Source of the DNA: Octopus sinensis
Lineage: Eukaryota
Direction of reading: 5' to 3'
Length of the DNA: 64,000 bases
Assembly: GCF_006345805.1 (NCBI RefSeq)
Contig: NC_043011.1
Span: 39,816,464 to 39,880,463, forward strand
Shown: positions 38,690 to 51,170 of the stretch, piece by piece
Numbering within the stretch: the stretch's first letter is position 1
Layout: the number at the start of each line of letters is the position of its first letter
Notes under the pieces: model-generated
What the model saw: the letters and a program-made list of their open reading frames with translations, nothing else
Databases searched by the model: none
What the model was told of the DNA's origin: nothing
Position numbers and translations under genes: made by a program

Positions 38690-38816
38690 TCTCTGTTCTA
38701 TATTTTAGAGATGATGAATTCTGTATATTATTTACATTGGATGGATATGTGTCCTCATCTTGTTTGTTGTCACCACAACGCTTCGGTTGATTTACTCTCC
38801 AGACCTTCATCAGAGT
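38690..38816 (-). mobile_element. Penelope-like LTR relic with a mutated hammerhead motif
   Basis: Minus strand CTCTGATGAAGGTCTGGAGAGTAAATCAACC-GAAGC-GTTG; GAAAC is mutated to GAAGC. Confidence 0.55.
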
Positions 38817-40287
38817 AGAATATGGAAACCAGTATTAAGGAAGGATACAAAGATATAGAGTTTATAAGCCCTAAAATTCACTCTATAATTGCACATGAGC
38901 ATATAGCATAGTGGTTAAGAGCATGGGCTACTAACCCCAAGATTCCAAGTTCAATTCCAGGCAGTATCTTGAATAAATAATAATAACAAAATAATTTTGA
39001 ATAATAACAAAAAAAAATCCCTTAGGAATGAGAACCCAGAGTTGGGTTCAAAATTCCACCAGGACACTCGATATATATATCATCATCGTCGTCGTTGTTT
39101 AACGTCTGTTTTCCATACTGGCATGGGTTGGACTGTTTGACTGAGGGCTGGTGAGCCCGAAGGCTGCACCAGGCTCCAATCTGATCTGGCAAAGTTTCTA
39201 CAGCTGGATGCCCCTCCTAACGTCAACCACTCCAAGAGTGTAGTGGGTGCTTAACATGCCACCGGCACAAACGCCATTCAGGTGGGCCTGGCATCAACCA
39301 TGCTCAAATGGTGCCTTTTACATGCCACTTGCACAGGAGCTAGTCAGGGGATGCTGGCAACGACCATATTCAAATGGTGCTTTATCCGTGCTACCTGCAC
39401 AGGAGCCAGTCAGGCAACACTGGCAATGACCATGCTCGAATGGTGCTTTTTACATACCACTGGCACAGGAGCCAGTCAGGTGACACTGGCAATGATCACA
39501 CTCAGATGGTGCTTTTGATATATATATATATAGGTCATAGACAAGAATCAGATATTCTCCACATAGAATACACTTAGTAGTGTTCAAGAGATTTAAACTT
39601 GTGTGGGTTTAGAAGTGAATGTAGTGATAAGCAAATCAGACAGATCAATATGTAAAGTGCTTTAAATATGAAATACAAAAAATGTATATATGTATACATA
39701 TAAAAAAAGTTCGACTTACACAGAGTACAAATGAAATAGAGAATTAAAGGGGTGCAGGAAAAGTATTACAAATCCAACAGCTGTTTCTGTCTGCCAAATT
39801 CTTTCACAAGACATTGGTCAGTCCAAGTAAAAGACACTTGCCCAAAGAGCCATGCAGAGGGTCTGAACTCGAAACCACATAGCTAGAAAGTAAGCTTCTT
39901 AACCACACAGCTATATCTAAGCCTAAAATGACTTCTAAATTATTAATTACTGTTTGGGGAATATAATAATTACTTGAGTAGCTTTATTTCATATTTGTAT
40001 TTTTTTAATGAAGGAAGCCAAATACTAATTAAAATTTAAATTATAACGCTGTTCTTAATTCTAAATTTTCTATTCACGTACACTAATTAAATAGAAATCT
40101 AGATTAAATTTCATTTTATAACTCCCCAACTTCTCCAGTAATTTCCATAAAAAATTAAAATAGCAGGCATTAATTCACTCAAGTGTTTAAAAAGAGGTAC
40201 ATGTTGGGTGGATAGATTAGAAAATATGTGTACAGTGTCATTTGAACTTGGTATCTATTTAATAATAATAATAATAATAATAATAAT

Positions 40288-40640
40288 CTGGAAATTGAAA
40301 TACAGAAGAGGTGGCATCATAAAGTGAAAACTGTTCCTGTTATTGTGGGTGCCCTAGGTATGATAAGAAAGGGATGTCAAAAACATCTAGATAATATCCC
40401 AGGAGAACCATGTCTCAGAGAAATCCAAAAGATTGAGCTAACAAATACTGCCCACATCCTTAGAAAAACCCTATCAATTTAAATGTCTGTTGTATTATAT
40501 GAAAATATTTTGCTACTGCCTCTGCCACTTCCCCTCCCCAAGCTTTCAGTCATACTGTAACATCTCTTATCCTTCACTCACCCTAGGATGCTGGGTGTGT
40601 CTTGGCAAGTGATTGTAACAAACATGCAGATTAAAAGTAA
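40288..40640 (+). mobile_element. 5'-truncated R4/Dong LINE 3' end (RLE C-terminus plus 3' UTR) inside a (TAA)n tract
   Basis: Open frame 40288-40482, LEIEIQKRWHHKVKTVPVIVGALGMIRKGCQKHLDNIPGEPCLREIQKIELTNTAHILRKTLSI* (PIVIGALG...IQK...TAxILRK motif); (TAA)n on both sides. Confidence 0.85.
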
Positions 40641-40654
40641 ATAATAATAATAAT

Positions 40655-41173
40655 TCCGATCTCAACTGATTGGAAGTGTTAACATGTACATGCTTTGTCT
40701 TGGTATAAAAAGATGGTCGACAACAAATATTCTGCTCGATGCCACAGATTTGTTTGACAGTTGCTTGACTGTAACCAATTGAGCATGTACTTTGGTGGCT
40801 GACAATATGTGCATCTCTGTTCATGAGCAGAAGTAGTGGAGGAGCATCATAGTCATATGTTGAGAGGAATTCTTTGGTGCTTGAATAATTCACCTCTGGA
40901 AACATGGGTGTTTCATTCATCATCCTTAAACAACCCTCATTCAGTGACCATTTGAATGGAATGGGCTACTCGACCTGAAGAAAATTCTAACTGGGCCCCA
41001 CCTGCAAGGTCATGCACTGTTTATCTTAATATGAGATCACCATGCTGTGCACATACGGTTGTGATGCATGTGCCTGGTGTACCCTTATCAGACGGGTAGT
41101 CATGATGGTTATATTGGGCTTTGTATATTTGTACCCCAGTGTCACTTTGATGGCATGGACTGCTCTCTCACTC
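40655..41173 (+). mobile_element. Second (TAA)n-flanked element, probably the 3' UTR of another Dong-like family
   Basis: Begins immediately after (TAA)n at 40639-40654 and ends CTGCTCTCTCACTC before (CAA)(TAA)n; no ORF. The family assignment is inference. Confidence 0.5.
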
Positions 41174-41179
41174 AACAAC

Positions 41180-41224
<45 letters not shown>

Positions 41225-41229
41225 TTTGG

Positions 41230-41867
41230 CACAAGGCCAGCAATTTCAGGGGAGGGAATAAATTGGTTACACCGACCCCAGTGTGCAAGTGGTACTAATA
41301 TTATCAACACAAAAAGGATGAAAGGTAAAGTTGACCAGGTGGAATTTGAACTCAGAATGTAAAGACAGATGAAATGGTGCTAACCATTTAGCTCATGTAC
41401 AAACAATTCTGCCAGCTCAACGCCTTAATAATGATGGTTTCAAATTTTGGCACAAGGCCAACAATGGGGTGGAGGTAAGTCAATTACATTGACCCTAGTG
41501 TCCAGCTGCTACTTATTTTATCGACCCAGGAAGGGTGAAAGGCAAAGTCGATCCGGGTGGAATTTGAACTCAGAATGTGAAGACAAGAGAAATTCTGCTA
41601 AGCATTTTGCCCAATGTGCTAACAATTCTGCCAGCTCATCACCTTAATAATAATAATGACTGGCATCAAATTTTGCCACAAGGGCAGCCATTTTGGCAGG
41701 GAAGGGACTAGTCGATTATATGGGCCCCCAGCATTGCACTGGTACTTAATTTATGAGGATAAAAGACAAAGTCGACCTCAGCAGAATTTGAACTCAGAAT
41801 GTAGCAACAGGCGAAATACCGCTAAGCATTTTGCCAAGCATGCTAATGACTCAGTCACTTCACCGCC

Positions 41868-41910
<43 letters not shown>

Positions 41911-42348
41911 TAATCCTTTCAACTACAGGCACAAGGCCTGAAATTTTGGGGGAGGGTGATAGTTGATTACATTAACCCCGATGTTTCCCTGTTACTTAAT
42001 CTATCGATCCTGAAAGGATGAAAGGCAAAGTCAACCTTGGTGAAATCTGAACTCAGAACGTAACACCAGATGAAGCACTGCAAAACATTTCGCCACACCA
42101 CCTTAATAATAACAATGATGATGATGATGATAATAATAATACTCTTTTACGTGTTTCAGTCATTTGACTGTGGCCATGTTGGAGCACCACCTTTAGTCGA
42201 GCAAATCGACCCCAGGACTTATTCTTTGTAAGCCTAGTACTTATTCTATTGGTACCATTTGCCAAACCGCTAAGTTACGGGGGACATAAACACACCTGCA
42301 TCAGTTGTCAAGCAATGTTGGGGGACAAACACAGATACACAAACATAT

Positions 42349-42385
<37 letters not shown>

Positions 42386-42549
42386 CGACAGGCTTCTTTC
42401 AGTTTCCATCTACCAAATCCACTCACAAGGCTTTGGGTCGGCCTGATGCTATAGTAGAAGACACTTGCCCAAGGTGCCATGCAGTGGGACTGAATCCGGA
42501 ACCATGTGGTTGGTAAGCAAGCTACTTACCACACAGCTACTCCTACGCC

Positions 42550-42584
<35 letters not shown>

Positions 42585-42720
42585 GGGCTTCAAATTTTGG
42601 TGCAAAGCCAACAATTTTGGTGGAGGGGGTAAATCAATTACATCGGCACCAGTGTTCAACTGGTACAGAATTTATCAATCCTGAACAGATGAAAGGCTAA
42701 GTTAAGCTTGGCAAGACACA
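41230..42720. mobile_element. Cluster of minus-strand SINE copies separated by (TAA)n tracts
   Basis: At least five GAAAGGCAAAGTCGAC...GAATTTGAACTCAGAA copies plus one CORE-type SINE (42140-42550). Confidence 0.8.
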
Positions 42721-42806
42721 AACACAAGAAATGTAGCAAAATATTTTACCAAGAGTGCTAACAATTCTGTCTGCTCACTACATAAATAATAATAATAATA
42801 ATAATA

Positions 42807-42837
<31 letters not shown>

Positions 42838-43310
42838 AATAATAATAATAATAATTTCTTAAATGATAGTTGCGATGAAGTTGACTTTATTTGTCACCGA
42901 TTCTTCTTATCTTTGGAAATAAGAGTACTTTTAACCTAATCTTGTTCCGTATTTTCAATCAAAGTTCAAAGAGAAGATTTAATTGAAGGGAAAATAGATT
43001 GAAGAATTAAAGTTCTTTTTTATTTTTTTATGTTTCTCATTTAGATAAAATATGTACATGTGTGTGAGTGTGTGTACATATATATATATATTATACACAC
43101 ATACATAATATATATATATATATTCATATGTATATATATATATATACGTGTATATATATATATATATATATACACATAGACATATATATACGTGTATATA
43201 TATATATATATATATATACATACACACACACATAGACATATATATACGTATATATATATATATATATTATATATATATATATATATATAGAGATAGAGAA
43301 AGAGAGAGAG

Positions 43311-44280
43311 AGAGAGAGAGATTCAAATGAATATGGTACTTAAGTTAAAGGCACCAGAATTTTGTATGGTATTATCCATATAAATCAAATGGGGTGATTA
43401 TAATCAAAATAGGCAACAAGTATATCCAAGGTAGAGTCGTACAATTGTTTCATGCTACTTCATTTTATTAAACACTGTATTACATCAGTTTTAAAATGTC
43501 GAGCAATCTTCAGCCACTTATAGAATTTTCCAATCAAACGGACAATGCACATTCTTATCCCTATTTCAGTTGCCAACATTATAAAGTATACATTTCTATA
43601 CATACATAAATGTATACATTTCTATACATAATCCTTTTTTGAATGCCCATTACTCCGATAATTCTGCATTTTTACAGTTGCACTTTTTCCATGACAGTAG
43701 ATAAATTTTTTATTCCACAACATATTTATAGTGGCATCATGCAAGTATAGCATGGATTCGATCCTCAAATGACAAATTTCACTTAACACTTCAACAGCGC
43801 TTTTCTCATGGTAAAACAATAGGTTTTCTGTGAATAACAGCAGTTATACATTTCCCAGATGCCTTCGTTAAGCAGAATAATGTCTTTGCCTCTCGCCAAC
43901 CTCGGGCAACATCTCTCACCAACTACCGACAATCTTTCTCACCAGCCTCTGAAAACCTCTCTTGCCAACCTACAACAATCTCTCCCTCCTCCAGCTGACA
44001 GTTTTTTGTACTATTTCATGATGGAAAATACACATTTTGTGGCAGTTATAACGAAAATGCTTTCTTATATCACAGTAATAAGGCATTTCAATAGAACATC
44101 TTCATCCCCAGAAATTACCGGGTACACCAGCTAGTATAAACATATATACATATACATACAAACATATATATACATACATATATACATATACATACATACA
44201 AACATATATATACATACATACATACATACATATATACACATACATACATACATACATATATACATACATAGATATATATA

Positions 44281-44314
<34 letters not shown>

Positions 44315-44356
44315 CATACATACATACATATATACATACATATATACATACATACA

Positions 44357-44390
<34 letters not shown>

Positions 44391-44511
44391 CATACATACA
44401 TACATATATACATACATACATATATACATACATACATATATATATACATACATATATATATATACATACATATATACATACACATATATATACATACATA
44501 TATACATACAT

Positions 44512-44542
<31 letters not shown>

Positions 44543-44561
44543 GATATATATATATATATAG

Positions 44562-44606
<45 letters not shown>

Positions 44607-45541
44607 CAAATGAATATGGTACTTAAGTTAAAGGCACCAGAATTTTGTATGGTATTATCCATATAAATCAAATGGGGTGATTATAATCAAAATAGGCAAC
44701 AAGTATATCCAAGGTAGAGTCGTACAATTGTTTCATGCTACTTCATTTTATTAAACACTGTATTACATCAGTTTTAAAATGTCGAGCAATCTTCAGCCAC
44801 TTATAGAATTTTCCAATCAAACGGACAATGCACATTCTTATCCCTATTTCAGTTGCCAACATTATAAAGTATACATTTCTATACATACATAAATGTATAC
44901 ATTTCTATACATAAATCCTTTTTTGAATGCCCATTACTCCGATAATTCTGCATTTTTACAGTTGCACTTTTTCCATGACAGTAGATAAATTTTTTATTCC
45001 ACAACATATTTATAGTGGCTTCATGCAAGTATAGCATGGATTCGATCCTCAAATGACAAATTTCACTTAACACTTCAACAGCGCTTTTCTCATGGTAAAA
45101 CAATAGGTTTTCTGTGAATAACAGCAGTTATACATTTCCCAGATGCCTTCGTTAAGCAGAATAATGTCTTTGCCTCTCGCCAACCTCGGGCAACATCTCT
45201 CACCAACTACCGACAATCTTTCTCACCAGCCTCTGAAAACCTCTCTTGCCAACCTACAACAATCTCTCCCTCCTCCAGCTGACAGTTTTTTGTACTATTT
45301 CATGATGGAAAATACACATTTTGTGGCAGTTATAACGAAAATGCTTTCTTATATCACAGTAATAAGGCATTTCAATAGAACATCTTCATCCCCAGAAATT
45401 ACCGGGTACACCAGCTAGTATAAACATATATACATATACATACAAACATATATATACATACATATATACATATACATACATACAAACATATATATACATA
45501 CATACATACATACATAGATACATATATACATACATACATAT

Positions 45542-45572
<31 letters not shown>

Positions 45573-45739
45573 CATACATATATACATACATACATACATA
45601 TATACATACATACATATATACATACATACATATATACATACATACATATATATATATACATACATATATACATACATACATACATACATATATACATACA
45701 TACATACATACATATATACATACATACATACATACATAT

Positions 45740-45778
<39 letters not shown>

Positions 45779-45890
45779 CAAACATACTTACATACATACA
45801 TATACATACATACACATATATATACATATATACATACATAAATACACACACACACACACACTCACACAGACATACACACACACACACACA
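43311..45890 (+). repeat. Tandem duplication of about 1.28 kb: Helitron-like element plus (TACA)n flank
   Basis: ATTCAAATG at 43321 and 44604; ACCGGGTACACCAGCTAGT ends at 44134-44135 and 45418-45419. Copies differ at only a few positions. Confidence 0.9.
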
Positions 45891-46169
45891 TTCATTATAC
45901 TTATTTATGGCATAGTTACAAACTATACTATGGTTTGATCTTCCTATCTTGCCACACAAGACCATAAAAACAAAAGCAAACAAAAATAATAATGGTGATA
46001 ATAATAAATAAGTAGATAAAAACATAGAATTTCCTATTAATACTATGTAAGGAATAAGTTTTTAATTCTTGGTGTTTTAACATGAGAACTTTTTATTTCC
46101 TTTACACCCACACATCCACTTGGGGTGATTAGTGATTACACCAACCTTTTGAATATATATATATTTATA

Positions 46170-46793
46170 ATAAGATTAGCTCGTATACGAGTGGGTATAT
46201 ATTTGTAAAAAATGAAGTTTGAAAATGCTGCTATATTAGACAAATTTTTGATTTTTATATATACATTATTTATTTAACATGTTTCGGTTCTTGAAATGAC
46301 AAACCTTATCAAAAGAAATTTATATATAAAAAAGATAGTTCATGCTATCAAATATAAAAAATTCATATATAATAAAAAATTCCTATATAGTGAAGCGAGT
46401 CCATGCTATATGTTTAAAGTATCGCCCAGAGTTGCTCGGGTTTGTTTCGACCCTTTAGAATTGGAATCTTTGAAAAGTAAAAGTTTTGTGTTATGTAGCT
46501 TCTTATTGTCTTTAAGAGAACATTTTTCTGGTTGAAATACAGCGAAAAATGGCGACACAGCAGAAAAAAAAAATCGTAAAAAATAGGGATTTTCATAGAA
46601 AAAAAGCGCCTTTTTGAGGTAAATAATTTTTGGTGTTAACATGGTCCAATTTGAATTTTTTTCTTCTACGGAAGGAAGAGCAAGCCTTTTTCTATCATAC
46701 TCTCAATTTTGGTCAACTTGCACCGCAGGGTCTCGGAGGAGATAGTGTTAGTTGAAGGCTACCAAACCTGCCATATACAGACAACTTCAGCTT

Positions 46794-46800
<7 letters not shown>
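46170..46800 (-). mobile_element. Non-autonomous Helitron-like element
   Basis: Minus strand starts ATATATAAAGCTGAAGTTGTCTGT and ends with the palindrome CTCGTATACGAG followed by CTAA. Confidence 0.45.
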
Positions 46801-46834
<34 letters not shown>

Positions 46835-49645
46835 CTGTGTATCTATGCAGTCATGAGGGAAGTCAACTCATCACTGAGTAAGACCACCTCCCTAAACTCA
46901 GTGTATCAGAGCAAACTTTCCAAGAGCCAAGAAGTTCTTGTGCATGAATTTGATTTGAATGGATAAAGTTTGGCACTGCACTGAACCCACTTTTCAACGC
47001 AGTTGGCTATAAAACCAGTGACACAACAGAGGTTGAGACAACCAAAAGCCAACTGCACTTCACGTTATTGTCATATAAGCTTACCTTCTCCTAGAATGAA
47101 GTTCTCATGAGAACTAGCGGATCCTTCACTCCCAGGGGTTCACATGCTAATTAACCCATAGCTGGGACCCTAATCAGAGAGAAAACCTGGAAACAAGACT
47201 GGCTAAGAAGTGGTTCCACATACCTCAGAACCATGGAATTCTCATACCAGGGGTCCACTACCAGAGGCAGGTTAATCATACCCAGGACAAACAGACAGGC
47301 AGACATGGTCGGAGAGATTAAGTCTACCAGCCAAGTAGTTACGCCTAGCCTACTGAAGCCTAAGATGCATAGCAGAGAGGACTGGATATGATGACTGGAT
47401 GTTCATGCATTTCCAAAAGCATCAAGTATGTGAATGAAGAGAGAAATGGCAACAACTTAGAATCAGAGCCACTTTTGTTGTTGACTTCATCCTCCAGGAG
47501 TTCATACGATATTTCATGGTTTGTCTCTCATTGTATGTATTTTAGGCACTGACACTATCTACGTTAGAAGGATAAAAGCCAGTGTTATCAGACCTTGTGG
47601 GATTTTAAACACAGTGAAGCAAAGCGAAGAGTCAGATAGAATAATGCCCCCGTTTTCTCATCTAACATTCTTTCTTCTTGTCTCCTGCTGAGCTGATACT
47701 GTATGAAAGAGAACTTGTTCTAGTAACAGATTATGTAAACAGAAAAATTCAAGAACTTCACATCTTTTATTGTACTATAGGCGGCAAGCTGGCAGAAATG
47801 TTAGCACATCGGACAAAATTCTTAGCAGTATTTCATCTGTCTGTGTTCTGAGATCAAATCCTGCCAAGGTTGATTTTGCTTTTCATCCTTTCAGGATCGA
47901 TAAATTAAGTACTAGTTGCTTACTGGGGTCGATCTAATCGACTGGCACCCTCCCCAAAATTTTAGAGCCTTGTGCCTAGAGTAGAGAAGAATATTTGACT
48001 TGTTTCAGTCAGTGGACTGCAGCCATGCTGGAGCACCACTTTGACGGGATTTAGTCAAACAAATCAACCCCAGTACTTTATTTTTCTTTTTTTTTTCACG
48101 TCTGGTTCTTATTCTATTGGAAAATGTTTTGCTGAACTGCTAAGTTACAGAGACATAAACAAACCAACACCATTTATTAAGTGGTATGGAGGAATGATCA
48201 CAAAACCAAAGACATGCATAGATAAATACATACACACACATGATGGGCTTCCACACAGTTTCCACCAACCAGTTCACTCGCAAGGAACTGATCAGTATGG
48301 GACTGAAATAGAAGACACTTGTCCAAGATGGTATGCAGTGGGACTGAACCTCACACCACATGGTTGTAAAGTAAGCTTCTTAACCACACAAGTATGCCTG
48401 CATCTTTTGACCCCAGTAGGCAACTGGTACAAAAGGATGAAAGGCAAAATCAAACTCAGTGGAACATAAAGATAGATGAAATACCGCTAAGCATTTTGCC
48501 TGGTGTGCTAACAATTGTGCCAGCTCACTCAACTGATGATGATGATGATGATGACGACGATGATGATGATGATGATGACGACGATGATGATAGTGGTGGT
48601 GATAGTGCTGGTAATTATGATAATGATCTAAGTGAAAATTATTAAAAGAATCAAAATAATAAAAATTCATAATTTCAGATATTATTTTTTGTAAAATCAC
48701 ATTCTTCTAGTGGCATCCTAAATTACATGACTTGCATTAGCTGGTGGTGTTTAGACCCATCTCAAACTTGCTCAAGAGAAATAACCATTACAGACGTTCC
48801 ATTAGTGGCCATACCCTTTTTGTTTTTTAATAATAATAAAAAAATCCAGTGTTTATTTTATAAAAATAGAAACGTGATCCTATTCTTAATAATATATTTT
48901 ACTGGCTATATTTTACATGCAGCGGCAATACACATAAGTTTGGAATGACAACAAGATTTCTTTTTAAGATATATACATTATTTATTTTACATATTTTACA
49001 ATCATGTTTGATGTTGGAAGTTTGTAAGTGTTCGCATGTTTTTGTGTCTGTGTGTTCGTTAGGCGTAAAAAGGTACTGACCAGTGAATTGTCGATGGGAT
49101 TTGATTCACAGTTAATGTTGTTGGTATCGGCTTGGCAACAGGTAATAACAGATGGCTTAAAGTAGTTCTTAGAAGAAACTAGAACCCAAGAACAGATAAT
49201 TGATTTACCGTTTATGAGGTACACTGTAAGAGTCCCATATCAAGATATTGCATGTCGCAGTTGAGATTAATTGAATCACTCGTTGTGTTTATCTTTCTCT
49301 TGATATGAATATACTTCCAGACATGTTACTGTAGCCGTTTTCTTCGTGGCGAGAATTTCACCTAACTGCTATAGTTGAATCTGTAGTTGTCTCGTGTACA
49401 ATTTAAATCTTCGATGTTTGTCGATTGGTTCTTGCTGCTTCTTCATTATATGTTCTGCTTGGTTATGTTTCTCTAGTTATAGATATCTTGTAACCGTTTT
49501 CTTCATGGTGATTTTTCACACTAACAGTATGAGAGGTATCTGTAACATCTTGTATTAATGGTGGTCGCCTGCCTCGAAACTGGAACTTGGTCGAGTATTC
49601 TCTGTGTGGTCAGAGGCTTAGCTCTTAAAAGAACTAAAAGCCTAC

Positions 49646-50014
49646 GACGAGCTCTGTGTGGTCAGAGGTTCGCCCTGAGAAGGACTGGAAACCTAAGACG
49701 AGCTCTGTGTGTGGTCAGAGGTTCGCCCTGAGAAGGACTGGAAACCTAAGACGAGCTCTGTGTGTGGTCAGAGGTTCGCCCTGAGAAGGACTGGAAACCT
49801 AAGACGAGCTCTGTGTGTGGTCAGAGGTTCGCCCTGAGAAGGACTGGAAACCTAAGACGAGCTCTGTGTGTGGTCAGAGGTTCGCCCTGAGAAGGACTGG
49901 AAACCTAAGACGAGCTCTGTGTGTGGTCAGAGGTTCGTCCTGAGAAGGACTGGAAACCTAAGACGAGCTCTGTGTGTGGTCAGAGGTTCGCCCTGAGAAG
50001 GACTGGAAACCTAA
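49646..50014. repeat. 53-bp GC-rich minisatellite, 7 near-identical copies, with degenerate copies at about 49570-49645
   Basis: Unit GACGAGCTCTGTGTGTGGTCAGAGGTTCGCCCTGAGAAGGACTGGAAACCTAA starts at 49646 (51-bp variant), 49697, 49750, 49803, 49856, 49909 and 49962. Confidence 0.95.
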
Positions 50015-50084
50015 GACGAATATTTTTCTGAGAAACCTTGTTTTATAAGCTTCACCAGGCTCCCAGTGAACTTCAGAAATGGAA

Positions 50085-50195
50085 AGCTGTGATTGGCTGC
50101 TTGGACTATGGCGCGAAAATAAGTCGAGACATTTTGCGCCAAGTTATAACCAGCGGTGCGAGCGTAGTAGAGACCAACGTGTCAGCCAATCGAAT
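50085..50195. promoter_or_regulatory. Candidate (bidirectional) promoter: CCAAT - E2F - E2F - CCAAT
   Basis: GTGATTGGCTG (CCAAT on minus, 50092-50096), GGCGCGAAA (TTTCGCGC on minus, 50110-50118), TTTTGCGCCAA (50132-50142) and CAGCCAATC (50186-50190), in a locally CpG-rich region. Confidence 0.6.
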
Positions 50196-50584
50196 TAGTG
50201 TTTACATCAATGTTGAACCAGCCAAAGCTGTTTGTAATCTCGACCGAGGTCATTCTATATACTCTTCTCAAACAGTGAAGATAGCACTGAGAGACGATAT
50301 TGCTACAATTTTTAAATACGAAATTCAAACAGAATGCATCCTCCACTTCCTCGACCTAAAAATCAATATATATAAAATCCGGAGATCCGAGTGTAGGAAG
50401 TTTGTAAGCTTCGAGTAAAGAGGGGGCAGGTATAGAAAACACAAAGTGGATAGTATACGATGAGATAGCAATTTATTGGCATCGAGAATTACACACTTTT
50501 CCCTCATCGAATATGCGGAGAAATTCGATAAGCTTATATAACTCACAGTTAGCAACTAAAGCTGCTCAAAAAGGCGAATAAAAA

Positions 50585-50683
50585 TCCAAATTGAGGGAGT
50601 GAAACAGGTAAAATGAACGCTACATATGCTTCTTGGCTAGATAAGTAGCGAGCAATTTACCTGTTCCACTCCCTCAGTTTGGA
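50585..50683. other. 99-nt hairpin (39-bp arms, 34/39 complementary, 21-nt loop); pre-miRNA or MITE candidate
   Basis: TCCAAATTGAGGGAGTGAAACAGGTAAAATGAACGCTAC (50585-50623) versus GTAGCGAGCAATTTACCTGTTCCACTCCCTCAGTTTGGA (50645-50683). Confidence 0.75.
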
Positions 50684-51102
50684 CACACAATCGAACACAA
50701 CACGACAGCCTTCTAGATTTTATGCCTAACGTTTTCCTATCAAATTCCCCACATTATACATTAGTAAACTACAAGAAAATATATGACTACCTTATCCAAA
50801 GTGTCTCCCCGTTTTTAGTTTTATTTATTTATATTTTCTTTTCGAAACGTAGAGTAGATGAAACCATAGCGACTGAAGAAGGTTTTTTTTTCTTTGTGTT
50901 AATTGTCCTGTACTCTATTTTTTTTTTTTTTGTTGTTTAAAAAAAATGTCCAGTTCCTTTGGTTTGTGTCTATGTTTTCGTTTCTCATTGTGTTCGACGT
51001 CCTTTTGGTGTCCTGTACTCATATATGCGTGTATATGTACATGTAGAGGTAGGTATGTACATATATGTATGTATATATGCATATGTTTTATTTTATTTAT
51101 TA

Positions 51103-51170
<68 letters not shown>

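Noticed and set aside
43622-45418. Duplicated ORFs MFYHEKSAVE... and MPSLSRIMS...
   Set aside because: Short ORFs inside a Helitron-like duplicated unit with no recognisable domain or splice structure.
44102-45861. Long Y/V/C/M/I ORFs (also 33181-33586 and 63003-63913)
   Set aside because: Microsatellite translations.
49385-49420. Minus-strand KHRRFK plus VHET, resembling the canonical NHE6/7/9 first-exon motif
   Set aside because: It needs a frameshift, and lacks the preceding TM helix/WLF, the following GLAxIYG and a donor.
49646-50014. 53-bp array as a CRISPR array
   Set aside because: Units are contiguous with no unique spacers, there are no cas genes, and the context is eukaryotic.
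50038-50418. 126-aa ORF
   Set aside because: TTG start, overlaps the promoter motifs and has no recognisable domain; probably open because of local GC content.
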